Shown here one piece after another: positions 28,351 through 39,300 of a stretch of DNA of 64,000 bases. Numbering within the stretch: the first letter of the stretch is position 1; every line of letters starts with the position of its first letter. Below the pieces are notes generated by a model. That model made no database searches. It saw only the letters and a program-made list of their open reading frames with translations, and was not told the origin of the DNA. This DNA comes from Candidatus Latescibacterota bacterium (GTDB lineage Bacteria; Latescibacterota; UBA2968; UBA8231): NCBI GenBank assembly GCA_965243025.1, contig CBDETY010000003.1:5984001-6048000 (forward strand). Direction: 5' to 3'. The translations under genes were made by a program, and so were the position numbers.

Positions 28351-30129
28351 TCACCCGTTCGGTTTCAGCCGCAGCCGGCGGGGCACCGCGCTCCAGCCTT
28401 CGTTGAAAGGACCGACCGGGACTTCATCCCCGGGACGGGGACGGCCGTAGTAGTCGCAGCTCAGCAGCTCGTCGCGGGGCACCGCCGGGGCCGCATCGGC
28501 CGACGACCAGGCGAGAAGCTGCTCCCCGGAATCGATCGCCAGGTCGAGCCGGGCGTTCCGGCTGCGGGCGTCGAGACCGGACTCCTGCCAGTCCTCGAGG
28601 CTGAACCCCTCGCCCATTCCCGAGAGAATGTTGTTGTCGGAGACGTTCTCCATGACCTCGTAGTCGAACGCCGCCGAGCACTGCGCGAGGACGTTGTTTA
28701 TCACGCGGTTCTCCTTGCAGACGCCGACCCGGTCCCTTGTCGGAGTCTTGCGCATGTGGACGCCGGCATGGCCGCAGTTGCGCACCAGGTTGTGGGCGAT
28801 CAGGAGCTTGTCGCAGTCCCGCTGGTAGATGCCGCTTCCCACCTTCACGTTGTAGATGACGTTGTGGTCGATCAGGTTGGGGACGTTCGACGCCTCGAAG
28901 AAGATCGCCCCGTTGAAGGTCGCGATGTCGTGCAGCAGGTTGCGGCACACCCGGGAGTTGCGGTTGCCGAAATCGATCCAGATCCCCGGGGCGGCGTAGC
29001 AGTGGTGGATGTGATTGCACTGCACCACCGTGTCGAGGAGGAGCAGGATCTTGATGCCGGCGGTCTCCTGGTAGGACTGCACCTCGTGCCATCCGCAGTC
29101 GTGGATGTGATTGCCGGCGAGCAGGCTGCGCGGCACCACGGTCCCCTGGATGCCGCCGGTGCCGCAGTCGTGGACATGGTTGCGCATGACCAGATGACCG
29201 CCCGTTCTCTCCTCCAGCTCCTGGCGGTTCTGGTTCTCCGTCCTCTCGTCGGTGAAACCGCCGATCTCGATTCCCACCGAATTTATGTGACGGACGGTGT
29301 TGTCCTCGATGATCCAGTGGTGGCCGCCCCAGGTCGCCAGCGCCCCGTTTCCCGAGCGGATGAAGCCGTTGCCGGCGTGCTCGAAGGTCAGCCCCCTGAC
29401 GGCGATGTACCCCAGCCCCGTCGTCTGCGGGCAGAACAGGAACTGCTGAACGGTTGCCTCGATTTCGCAGGTGCGGGGATCGCGGCCGTCGAAGGGATTG
29501 ACGTACAGCTTGCGGTTCTCCGAGTCGATCCAGAAGGCCCCGGTGATCCGGGCCAGGTCGGCAATCGAGCTCAGCTGGGTCAGCCGCCGGCCGTCCTGGA
29601 AAATCAGGGCGCGGGGCAGATTGTGCGGGGCCTTTCCCTTCGACCCCCGCGCCCAGCGCATGAGCTCGAAGTCCTCGTCGGTGGTGTTGATCACGGCGAA
29701 GGGGTGATCCCCTTCGAAGAAGGACCCGGGCAGCTCCGTCCTCCACACGTGGACGGAATTCGGCTCCTCCATGTTGGTCCATGTGCCGGTCAGCGCACGG
29801 GATCCGCGGATACTGGCCTCGGCCCCGGGGGCCGCCTCGAAAGCGATCATGCCGTCGGCCCCGGTGCCGCCGCGAAGCGGGTGGACCCGCTCGCGGTAGA
29901 CGCCCGACTTGATCAGCACCTTCTCCGCCGGCCCCACGGCTTCGGCGCCGCGCTGGATCGTCAGGAAGGGGGCCTCTTCGGTGCCCGGGTTGTCGTCGGA
30001 CGCCCCGGGGTGCAGCTGGTCGACGTAGTACGCCTTGCGGTATTCAGTTTCGTCCTCCCAGATGGCAAAGCGGGTCCCGTCGGGAAGAAGGGCGGCTTCG
30101 TTTGCGCTCGAGTTCGCGGTCATTTCCAT
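28351..30129 (-). CDS. Right-handed parallel beta-helix protein (pectin-lyase-like, DUF1565-type N-terminus)
   Basis: ASDDNPGTEEAPFLTIQR, GVYRERV, repeated N-H-I-H-D-C coils and GIWIDFGN. Confidence 0.85.
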   Translation of the reverse strand: MEMTANSSANEAALLPDGTRFAIWEDETEYRKAYYVDQLHPGASDDNPGTEEAPFLTIQRGAEAVGPAEKVLIKSGVYRERVHPLRGGTGADGMIAFEAAPGAEASIRGSRALTGTWTNMEEPNSVHVWRTELPGSFFEGDHPFAVINTTDEDFELMRWARGSKGKAPHNLPRALIFQDGRRLTQLSSIADLARITGAFWIDSENRKLYVNPFDGRDPRTCEIEATVQQFLFCPQTTGLGYIAVRGLTFEHAGNGFIRSGNGALATWGGHHWIIEDNTVRHINSVGIEIGGFTDERTENQNRQELEERTGGHLVMRNHVHDCGTGGIQGTVVPRSLLAGNHIHDCGWHEVQSYQETAGIKILLLLDTVVQCNHIHHCYAAPGIWIDFGNRNSRVCRNLLHDIATFNGAIFFEASNVPNLIDHNVIYNVKVGSGIYQRDCDKLLIAHNLVRNCGHAGVHMRKTPTRDRVGVCKENRVINNVLAQCSAAFDYEVMENVSDNNILSGMGEGFSLEDWQESGLDARSRNARLDLAIDSGEQLLAWSSADAAPAVPRDELLSCDYYGRPRPGDEVPVGPFNEGWSAVPRRLRLKPNG

Positions 30130-30326
30130 AGGTTGTTCTGTCCTTTTCGATCTTCCGGGAAATTCAGTTGCCGCGGCCTGGGTGGAGGATCCGTTCCCGG
30201 AAGAAGGGGGGAGTGATCGGCAGGGGGCAAAGGGGAGGGTGGACTACCGGTCCGGGGCGGTACGGGGCTCGTTCCCTTGCCTGGGGAAGCATGGCCCGGG
30301 CGCCGGCGAAGCGTGCGGATCGAGCC

Positions 30327-31151
30327 TCAGTCTGAGAAGGTCCAAACAGTGAGGGCGGTCTTGCAGAAAAGCCACTCCCTGTCCTCTTCGGTGAGGAAGT
30401 CCATGTGGGTCCGGAACAGCTCCAGCGCGGGGCGGTACCCCGGGGTTTTCAGCACGTGCGGGAAGTCGGTCCCCCACATCAGGCGCCCGGGACCGTAGGC
30501 GTCGTAGATCCGCCGAAAAGTAGGGAAGGTGTCCCGGTGGGGATAGGACAGCTTCGACCTGAGCCCCTGGGGGGTGAACTTGACGTACACGTTGGGGTAC
30601 CGGGCGAGGTCCAGGACGATTCCGAGCTGCGGGTAGGGCGGGTCCTCGTCGGTGGGAGCCCGGCCCATGTGGTCGAGAACGACCTTGACTCCGGGGAAGC
30701 GGGCGATGATCGGTTCGACCGCCGGCAGCAGCGGCGCCGGGCCGTAGACGTTGAAGCAGGCCCCCAGCTCCTCGGCCCGCCGCCATATCCGGTCCTGGCC
30801 GGGGGCGGCCCATTCGGCGGGATCGTCGGGCCGCGACAGGTGAATGCGCAGGCCGCCGAAGCGGTCCTCTTCGACGAGGCGCTGGAGCTGATCCGGCGCG
30901 TCAGGGGCATGGCGGTCCACCAGTCCGATGGCGGCGAATCTCCCCGGGAAGCGCCGCAGGCACTCGGCCACGTAGCGGTTGTCGTAGAGGTAGTATATCG
31001 GCTGGACGATGACGGCCCTGTCCACCCCCGCCTCCTCCATGGCCGCATTCAGCAGCTCCACGGGTGCTCCTTCCTTCTCTTCCACCCCTCGAGCAAAGGG
31101 GAAGCTTCCGAAGTCGCCGCTCCAGACGTGAAGGTGGGCGTCGATGATCAT
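30327..31151 (-). CDS. Amidohydrolase_2 family protein (sugar lactonase-like)
   Basis: IIDAHLHVW, VVLDHMG and RLMWGTDFP. Confidence 0.9.
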   Translation of the reverse strand: MIIDAHLHVWSGDFGSFPFARGVEEKEGAPVELLNAAMEEAGVDRAVIVQPIYYLYDNRYVAECLRRFPGRFAAIGLVDRHAPDAPDQLQRLVEEDRFGGLRIHLSRPDDPAEWAAPGQDRIWRRAEELGACFNVYGPAPLLPAVEPIIARFPGVKVVLDHMGRAPTDEDPPYPQLGIVLDLARYPNVYVKFTPQGLRSKLSYPHRDTFPTFRRIYDAYGPGRLMWGTDFPHVLKTPGYRPALELFRTHMDFLTEEDREWLFCKTALTVWTFSD

Positions 31152-31194
31152 GGGTCCTCCGTTCGATGGGCGCGTCGCGGCTGCGGCATCCGGG

Positions 31195-31950
31195 TCAACT
31201 TTCGAAGCGGCTGCGGAACTGCATCATGTTGTCCTCAGGTTCGTACCCGAGGATCTCGACGGCCGGACCGATGTCGAGGGGGCCGCGGTGAGAGCCCCGG
31301 GAGTTGCCGGAGGTTCCGTAGGTGACGATGAACTTCTCCGGTCCGCCGTAGTCCACGGCGCGGCGGAAGAGCTGGACGCAGTCGCGCGGCGACAGCAGGT
31401 AGGCGCAGGCGCGCAGGCTGTCCGGCTCGGTCTGCCCCGAAAAGGTGCCGATGCGGATGGCGATGAAGCTCATGCCGCCGGCGTTCGCCATCATGCGGCC
31501 GCCTATCTCGGCCATCCCCTTCATGGCTCCGTACCAGCTTTCAGGATTGAACTGATCCGGTGTCTGGGGCGCCGACAGGCCCCCTTCCTTCCTGTTGCCG
31601 CTGGTGACCTTGTTCGTGCTGGCGTACACGATCCTGCCGATGCCGGACTTGCGGGCCGTCTCCCACAGCGCCAGCGACACCCCGATATCGGTCGGCGCGC
31701 CGTTGTCGGGTCCGTCTTTGTCCCTGAGGAAGGCGAGGTGAACGAGCACGTCCTGGCCGCGGCAGATCCCGCGCATGAATCCGGGGTCGCGGATGTCCCC
31801 GGTCTCGGTCCTCGACCGCGCTCCCGCGACCGGCCGCTGATCGGCCAGGGTGAGATCGTAGCGGTCCTCTTCCTCCCACGCCCGCCACAGGGTGCTGCCG
31901 ACATTGCCGGCGGCGCCGGTCATGAGGACGCGAGGTCTCGGATCAGCCAT
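31195..31950 (-). CDS. NAD-dependent epimerase/dehydratase, uronate-dehydrogenase-like SDR
   Basis: VLMTGAAGNVG, YASTN, YGAMK and IRIG...LSPRDCVQL. Confidence 0.88.
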   Translation of the reverse strand: MADPRPRVLMTGAAGNVGSTLWRAWEEEDRYDLTLADQRPVAGARSRTETGDIRDPGFMRGICRGQDVLVHLAFLRDKDGPDNGAPTDIGVSLALWETARKSGIGRIVYASTNKVTSGNRKEGGLSAPQTPDQFNPESWYGAMKGMAEIGGRMMANAGGMSFIAIRIGTFSGQTEPDSLRACAYLLSPRDCVQLFRRAVDYGGPEKFIVTYGTSGNSRGSHRGPLDIGPAVEILGYEPEDNMMQFRSRFES

Positions 31951-32169
31951 CGACGGGAATCAGGGGGGTGCGAATTCGGTGTTTCTCGCGGAGAGGATGC
32001 AGCTCCACCCTCCCTGGGTGCGGCGGAACAAATACCTCGACATTCCCCCGCCCATCAAGGGCCCGCTGTGCCCTGGGTATTTGGCGCGAAAGCAGGGGCG
32101 GGAATGAGGGTGGGAGCCTGGTGGATCCCGCGGCGGGATTCACGCGGACCTTGCCCGCCGCCTCTAACT

Positions 32170-33643
32170 CTAATAGGCCATGCCCAGCCCATTGCCCGTC
32201 GTTCCGGTGAAATAGTCGACGATCAGCCAGAATCCCCCGGCGACGAACTGCCCGAGGATCAACCCGTAGAACAGGGGCCAGAGCGAGCGGTACGCCTTCA
32301 GGCCGCCGTACTTCAGGAGGACGATCTTGAGCAGCCAGGCGAGAAAGACCGGGAACCAGGCGGTGTCCATCACCCGGTCCATGCTGACGACGAACCCGAG
32401 AGGGTGCAGCGGCCACCACAGGAAGCGGCGGTTCAGGAAGAGAAGGCCGGCCATCACTCCCGCCCCGGACAGCCGGATGAGCCAGCCCAGCCAGTTCGGC
32501 CCCGCGTTCTCGTCGACCCGCCGCCCCACGTACTCCCAGGTGAAGTCGGGCAGACCTTCGACGAAGCGGGCGACGTTCACACCCCCCTCGCGGTAGGTGA
32601 TCGACAGCGACATCCAGAAGGTGCTGACCCCGGATACGGCGATGGCGAGGGCGATCGCCAGCAGCAGCCAGCGCTTCCGGCGGGCGATCTCGCCGCTCAG
32701 CTTCAACCCGGTGGCGGTGTGCGCCATCATCGTGCTCGCCAGCGATTCCGTCCAGATCACCGTCGGCCCCAGCGCCGCCATCCCCGCAGGCCCCAGGTAG
32801 CGCACCCCGATCCCGGAGACCGCGAAATCCAGGGGGATGTTGCGCGGAAACACCATCGGCAGCCCGGCCTCGGCGATGATGCGCGTCAGGCTGAGGAAGG
32901 TCACCAGCGCCCCGAACAGGAACAGCGGCCCGGCCCACAGGGGAAGCCCGGCGCGCCACAACCACAGGATCATCACCGCCAGCCCGAGGATCACCCCCCA
33001 CACCGCGGTGCGGTAGGACAGGATCTCGCCGGAATCGTCGACGGATGGGTCGCCGCGGAACGCCTTGCGGAACACCGACCGCAGGTGCCCACGGGCTATC
33101 CACAGGCCGAACAGCACCAGGGCTATCATCGCCCCGATGCTCTGGTGCGCGAGGATTCCGTTTACGCCGCCGCCCCCGCCGTAGCGGGACAGCGCTTCCC
33201 CGATGCCGGCGCCGGTCATGTGCAGCACCCCCTCCTCGAGGCGCCGCAGCAGGTGAAACACCCACATCCCGAGCATGACGTCCGACTTGAGGAAGTAGGC
33301 GAACCCGAGGATCATCAGGTTCAGCGAGAAAGAGGCGTGGGAAACTCCCCGCAGCAGTTGAATGCTCCCGAAATGCCGCGGAACGACAGGGACGAACGGG
33401 AAGTAGTGGTTGAGCGCGTTGAGGCTCTCGCGGCCGAACGAGATCAGCAGCCCCACCCACATCAGGCCCTTCCTGAAAAAGGGGGCCACCAGCCCACCGC
33501 CGGGCGGCGGTTCGACCATCGCCAGGGGGACCTTGGTGATGGGGTAGATCAGGTGTTCGTGCTCCACCCACTGGCGGCGCAGGATCACCATGGCGCAGAT
33601 GCTGACCGTCCACAGGGCCATCATGAACAGCAGCCACCAGAAC
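32170..33643 (-). pseudogene. OPT-like (DUF6785/DUF6784) membrane protein gene, 5'-truncated by an insertion at 33643/33644
   Basis: Paralog of 1118-3049 (RRQWVEHEHLIYP, WWPLHPLGF). Homology runs to FWWLLFMM at about 33642, then AT-rich foreign DNA begins. About 150 N-terminal residues are missing. Confidence 0.85.
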
Positions 33644-33668
33644 GGGATATATGTATTTAATTACACAA
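33644..33668. mobile_element. Candidate left terminal inverted repeat of an IS1595-family element
   Basis: GGGATATATGTATTTAATTACACAA starts exactly at the gene break, about 800 bp from an IS1595 transposase 3' end. No partner repeat found in the window. Confidence 0.5.
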
Positions 33669-33839
33669 GACAATTTTAGTAATCTGGTCCGCGAATTTAA
33701 AAGAAATCTGGTATATTATAATAGAGAAAATGCAGAGAAATGGACATCCCCCGTCCCACTGTTTAGCCGGGAGATGGGGATGTCGGCTGGCTGGCCATTT
33801 CACATGATTGCCTGCTGATTCCGGAAACCTGCCAGATTG

Positions 33840-34280
33840 GCACCCTGGGGTCGGGATCGATGCGAGCATCATTTTCTGTGTGCAGGCTGCCCTTGGGGGT
33901 GACCAGAGATCATTCCGTTTGGTCGACAAGATGGCAAGCAGGATGACTGAGGATTCCTCTGGTGCAGGCTGAGCTTACGCGCAAGAAGACGACACCCTGG
34001 ATCGGAGCCACCGCTCTGATGGAGGAGGAACCGGGATTCCTGCCCTGATCTGAATCGGCGACTCGCAGCAGCATTTCATGGCGTTCTCAAAGTCAGGCAA
34101 TCCGCATCCAGCGATGTGTCCGGATTCGCAGGTACCCCTCCCCTGAGTCGGCACCGTGGCTCGAGAAGGCCACCGCTCTGATGGAGGAGAGGATGTGCGA
34201 GCCCCCCCGGAATCTGCAAAGCCGTCGTCGTCGAGGTGAGGAGGAGATCATTCGGTTTGGTTGACAAGTTGGCAAGGCAA
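33840..34280 (+). repeat. Degenerate copy of the island non-coding repeat family, with internal duplications
   Basis: GAGATCATTC(C/G)GTTTGGT(C/T)GACAAG(A/T)TGGCAAG at 33906 and 34244; GCCACCGCTCTGATGGAGGA at 34007 and 34169; GAGTCGGCACCGTGG core at 34145. Confidence 0.65.
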
Positions 34281-34448
34281 GCTGGATCTCATTCCGGCGG
34301 CCGGTGATGCTGACCGGAGCAACGGGGCAGCAGGTCATCTTATCTTGCTGACCATTCGAGAAGATTTTCCCTGCATCCAAACCACAGTTGAGAGTCGATT
34401 CCGTTCCGCCGGCTATGCGCAAGCCGGCAGCGAGATGTCCCTTGCCGA

Positions 34449-35453
34449 CTACTCGAAAAGCTTCGCCCTTTCCTTCGACCGATGGTGCGTGTAGGGAACC
34501 GGAGGAATTTCCGTCGCCAGCAGATCCCGGTAGCTCAGCCGTTTCCCCAGCATCCCTCGAACGAGGTATTCCATCTGATCCAGGAGAGCCATTCCCCGGA
34601 TATTGTACCTGCCGACGATCTCCTTCAGGTAGCGGGAAAAATACTTGGGGGACACGTGCCGGTAGGTCCCGAAAATAACAGCCTTCAACTTGGCCCAGAA
34701 CGCTTCGATGGTGTTGGTATGGGCCTCGTCCCGGACGTATTCGCCTTGTTGGTGGTTGACGACCAGGTGCCTGCCCGGCCATTTCAAGGCCGCATAGACC
34801 GGGGCCTCGTCGGTGCACAGGGTTTCATTTTCTTCCAGCTGACCCTCTACGAAGGGGGCCACGGTCCCGTGATCGGCATGGAAGATCACCTCGGCGGCCG
34901 CCCTGCGGCTTTCCCGGTCTGCCCCTCCGAGCACCTGAACCCTGCCCTTCCTCCAGTTGCGACCGAACTTCTTGTCGGCGTGCCTCTTCTTGTCGTTTCC
35001 TCCGACCCAGGCTTCGTCCACCTCGAGGAACCTGCTGCGCAGCGGTTCGGGATCCGGCCAGCCTTCCCGGAGGCGGTGCAGCATGAACGAGGCCGACCGG
35101 TAGTTGAGTTCGAGTTTGCGGCTCAGCTGCACGGCGTTGATCCCCATCGGGTCGGACAGATACAGCCAGATGCCGAAAGCCCAATTCCGATAGGAGATCC
35201 TGGAGCGGTACAGTACCGTTCCGATGCGCACGCTGAACCGCTTTTGGCAGTCGCTGCACCGGTAGGGCATGGGTTTCCGGCCGGGACATTCCGATATCCT
35301 GCCGTCGCAGCCGCAGTGCGGACAGCGTATGAATTCGGGCAGGCCGTCTACCCTCTTCCCCCATCTGATCTTCTCGATCCATCTCTCTGCTGCTGCATTG
35401 TCTGGAAACAGTCTGTACAAATCAATCAACGAGACATCTTTACCCTTACTCAT
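34449..35453 (-). mobile_element. IS1595-family DDE transposase
   Basis: Zn ribbon CPHCG...YRCSDC; EVDEAWVGG; TDE; HTNTIEAFW; GKRLSYRDL. Confidence 0.95.
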
Positions 35454-35764
35454 CCTTACTGACCTTCGGGCCGTGGAATACCGTACTGGAGACCTGCGGC
35501 CCTCAACAAATAGTGTGATTCACGCTCCCATGGCAGTCCTTTCGGGTTTCGTGGGAAGGTGACTCTGCCGGAATGTCACCGACAGATGGGACTGGGGAAG
35601 CGGCGGTGGATCCTGCGGCTTCCCGTTGCATGTGCCTCTAGTGTAACCGGTTTGAGCTAAACAACCAAATCGGCTTCCGAGTTTTTCCAGAAAATCTCGT
35701 AATGGGGGCGGGAAACTTTAGTCTCTGCAAGCGGAGGAGGGGGGATGGTGGGGGAGGCCGGAGG

Positions 35765-36280
35765 AGGATCTCAGTCCGTATCGGGTTTCCGGGAGACTCC
35801 GGAACTGCCGGTGGGGTGGCGCTGAGGGATACCATCTGGGGGTGCTGTTCCTCGATGGGAGGGCCTTGCCGACGTGGATATCTGCATCGCCTTCGGTGCA
35901 GGCCGTCGAACGATCTGCTTCGGCTTCTTCCCTGGCATGGTCTTTGCCGAGGCCCAAGACCGGCAGGCTCCATCGGAGGATTCCCCGGTTGCCAGTCTGG
36001 ATCCCACCGGCTCAGGCGGGCGCTGGGAAAGAGGGGTATTCTCCGTAGGAGAATGCAGAGGCGGAAATCGGCACGGTGGATCGGAGTCCCCCGGCTTCTG
36101 AACGAGGGAGGGTGGTCTCAGTCCGGATCGGTGCCTGGGGGATTCAGGGTGTCGAGGGTGCTGGCTGCCCGGAACTACGAGGTGAGGGTATCCCGAAAGC
36201 CTGGCGAACCGGCAAGCCGTGAGTGCCCCCTGGCACGGTCCTTGCAGGACTACGCTGCGAAAAAGGGGGTATTCTCCGCG
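35765..36280 (+). repeat. Island non-coding repeat family, copy with about 347-bp tandem periodicity
   Basis: CTCAGTCCG(T/G)ATCGG recurs at 35770 and 36117. The block aligns by eye with the reverse complement of 62836-63260. Confidence 0.8.
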
Positions 36281-36333
36281 GGACCCCGCTGAGGGCAGGG
36301 TCCCGTACTCACTTTCACCGCCGTGCCCTCCGC

Positions 36334-39300
36334 CTACTTGAGCAGCAGCATCTTCTTGACGTCGGCGAACTCACCTCCAACCTGGACGCGGTAGAAGTAA
36401 ATCCCCGACGACATGCTCTGGCCGCGGTCGTTGGTGGCGTCCCACTGGACTGCGTAGCGGCCGGCAGTCTGGCGCTCGTTGACCAGAGTCCTGACTACCT
36501 GCCCCAGCATGTTGTAAACCTCCAGCTTCACGTCACCGGCTTCCGGCAAGTCGTACTTGAGGGTGGTCTCCGGGTTGAACGGGTTCGGGAAGTTGTTCCG
36601 AAGCGCGTACACCTCGGGACGGGTCTGAATCCGAACCGAAACCGGAGTGTCCAGACTGTTCAAGCCGTAATTGCCGTCTCTCAACTCGCCGCTGAGGATC
36701 TCGATGTAGCTGTCCTCGATCTCCCTGAGAGAGCGGAATACGAGGTTCAACCCGAGATCGCCCTCGGTGCCTACGTCTCCGTAAGCGACGAGCGACACGA
36801 GACCGTCCTTGTTGGCAACCACATGACCGTCCGCGAACTCGCCGGTACCGAGGATGCTGTTCTCCACCTCGGTGCCTACGTAGGTCAGGAGCTGCGGATC
36901 GTAGCTGACGCTCAACCCGTAACCCTTGAGCTCGGCGAAGTCCTGCAGGCTGACGGCGATGGCCATCTCTTCCCCGACCCTCGGCAACTCGAGGCCGGCG
37001 TCGAGGTAGAAGCGGGCGTCGCTGTTCAGACCGGCCATGAAGTTGGGCAAGCCCTTCCCAACACCCTCGATCTCCCTGCCGAAGAAATCGGCAAAGGTGA
37101 AGAAGTCGTTGAGGTCGATCTTGTTGTTCTGACTCAGGTCGAACGCGGGCTCGAAGGATTCGTCTTCAGCCGTGAGACCGAACTGGTCCGCGAGGATGAA
37201 GAAGTCATCGAAGCCCACCTGGTTGTCCGCCCCGAACAGACCGAAGACGGCCTTGCCGTTGGAGTCGAAGACACGGTTCCGGATCGCCATCGCGGTCTTC
37301 TCCATGATGGTTTCACCGAGGTTGTCCTGGTCGAAGGGGCGGACCTGGTAGGTGTAACGAATCCCGTTGAAGACCATCTGGTCCTCGAAGGAAGTCGAGC
37401 CACCCGGAGCCTCGCCTACGACTTCGTACGCCGCGTCTCCGATCCTGCGGAACACTTTGTATCCCTTAACACCGGCAGTCGTGTAGATCTGACCGCCGAC
37501 AGCCTGTCCGACCGAAGTGGTAACCATGTGGTCATCCGGAGACTTCGCCCAGGAGACCGTTATGCTGCCACCCGCGTCGCCCGGGGTATCCAGGACCCTC
37601 ATGTAAGGAATGGCTCCCGGAGGAATGTTGTCGATCGCCCGAACGGCTTCCGACCGCACTCTCTCGGACAGGTAAGCGTTGTCTACAGCCTTCATCAAGG
37701 GAGCGATCCCCTTGGTGGAGAAGGCAATGGCCTCCGGAGTCAAGGCGGCGAACAGCGGACCGTCCGAAACCTTCGGCTGGACGGCAGACTCTTTGCTCAT
37801 CGCCATCGTCTGAGCCATCACCTCGTAAGGATTGGAGAGGCTCATCCCAGGCATGAAAGCCTGCTTGCTCGCCGGGACCACATACTCGGCGGCAACCTCG
37901 AACGCCGTGGCATCCGAATCGAGAGTCGCTACCACGACCCGCATGAGACCCGGATCGGGAACGGCGTCGACGAACGCCCACGGAATGAAAGCCATGGCGT
38001 CCTCTTCCTGCACTATGCTGCCGTCTTCCCCGAGGACGTGGGTTACGGCGATCTCACGATAAATGCGGTACCCGTCGATGATGTCGTGGTTGTCCGACGG
38101 GTCGAAGGTCAGGAGGACGAAACCGCCCTGGTCGCCATTGCCGAGCGCACCTCTGAAGTCCTCGGCGATGAGGGTATCAGGAGCATCGATCTCCTCGACC
38201 GGCGGTCCGACCGGGGGCCGTCCAGGATCGACGGGGTCACCCTCGACATTGATCACACCGGAGACGCCGTGGATGAAAGTGTCACCCTGCTGCACGATGT
38301 CTCTGACAGTAACAACCATTGTCGCAAACGATGTAGAGAGACCGGAATTGGCGATGAAGCTGCCCGTTCCGTCCCGGATGGGCACATCACCGGCCGGGAC
38401 GATTGCGCCGATCTGGTTGGCCGTGACATTCACGAAACGGCTGTCCTTTTCGCGGACGTTCCCGAACGAGTCGGCGATGCTGACCTCGACAGTGAAGTCC
38501 TCACCCCTGGTAACGGGATCCGCCGGCCCTGCAACAATGAGCTTTGCATAGGCATCGTCCTGAACCAGGACCGTGTCGCGCAACTCAAATGCACCATCGA
38601 CACTTCCGCCCTGCAAGCTGAACACGAGCTTACCGTCGGAAACGGTGTCGCGAATGGCCACCGTCCGCTTTCCGTCGGAACCCCAGCCGTCGTCGTCCAG
38701 AGTGATGACGTTGCCTCCGCCGTCCGGCTGGGAAGCTCCGGGGCTGCTCTTCTCGACCAGATCAACGCCCTGACCGCCGATTACCGTCAAAGTGGCTTCC
38801 TCCCTGTAGAGGAAGGCCGTCTTGTCGTCCTCGGTCTGGGCCTGAAGGGTTACCAACACGACCTTGCCGGCATTGATCATCAGCATCTTGTCGTCGTCAA
38901 GGTCGTCCTTGTTGTCGTCCTTGAATCCCCTCAGCTTGAACTGGTCCGACTTATCCGACTGACCAGCAATCGTGACCTTGAAGTTTTCAGCAGGCACCAA
39001 CTCGTGGTCCTCGTCGAAGGTAAAGGTGTCAGGACCGGCCTGCGTCCAGTTTCCGGCGGCGTCCCTGGCGTCGATTCGGACATAGTACATCTTGCCGTCC
39101 TCGAGACCGGTCACGCTCAACTCGGTAAAGGTATCCTTCGCCAGGCCATCGCCTCCGATGGTCAGGGTGTCGTTCTTGGAGGCATCAGCAGACCCCGGAC
39201 CGAGGTGCTTGTAGATAACGGCCAGGGTGTCAGCGTCCTTGTTCAACTCCACGCTGACATTGGCGCTGGCGGCCCCCAAGGTCCTGAGGTCATCGTCCGA

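Noticed and set aside
31144-33660. 838-aa plus-strand ORF and similar long Arg/Pro/Gly-rich ORFs across the window (e.g. 57945-60404 minus)
   Set aside because: They overlap well-supported genes on the other strand or frame; their composition is typical of shadow ORFs.
33840-34280. Possible CRISPR array from the short repeats here or at 14507 and 48770
   Set aside because: Too few copies, irregular spacing, no unique spacers of constant length, and no cas genes.
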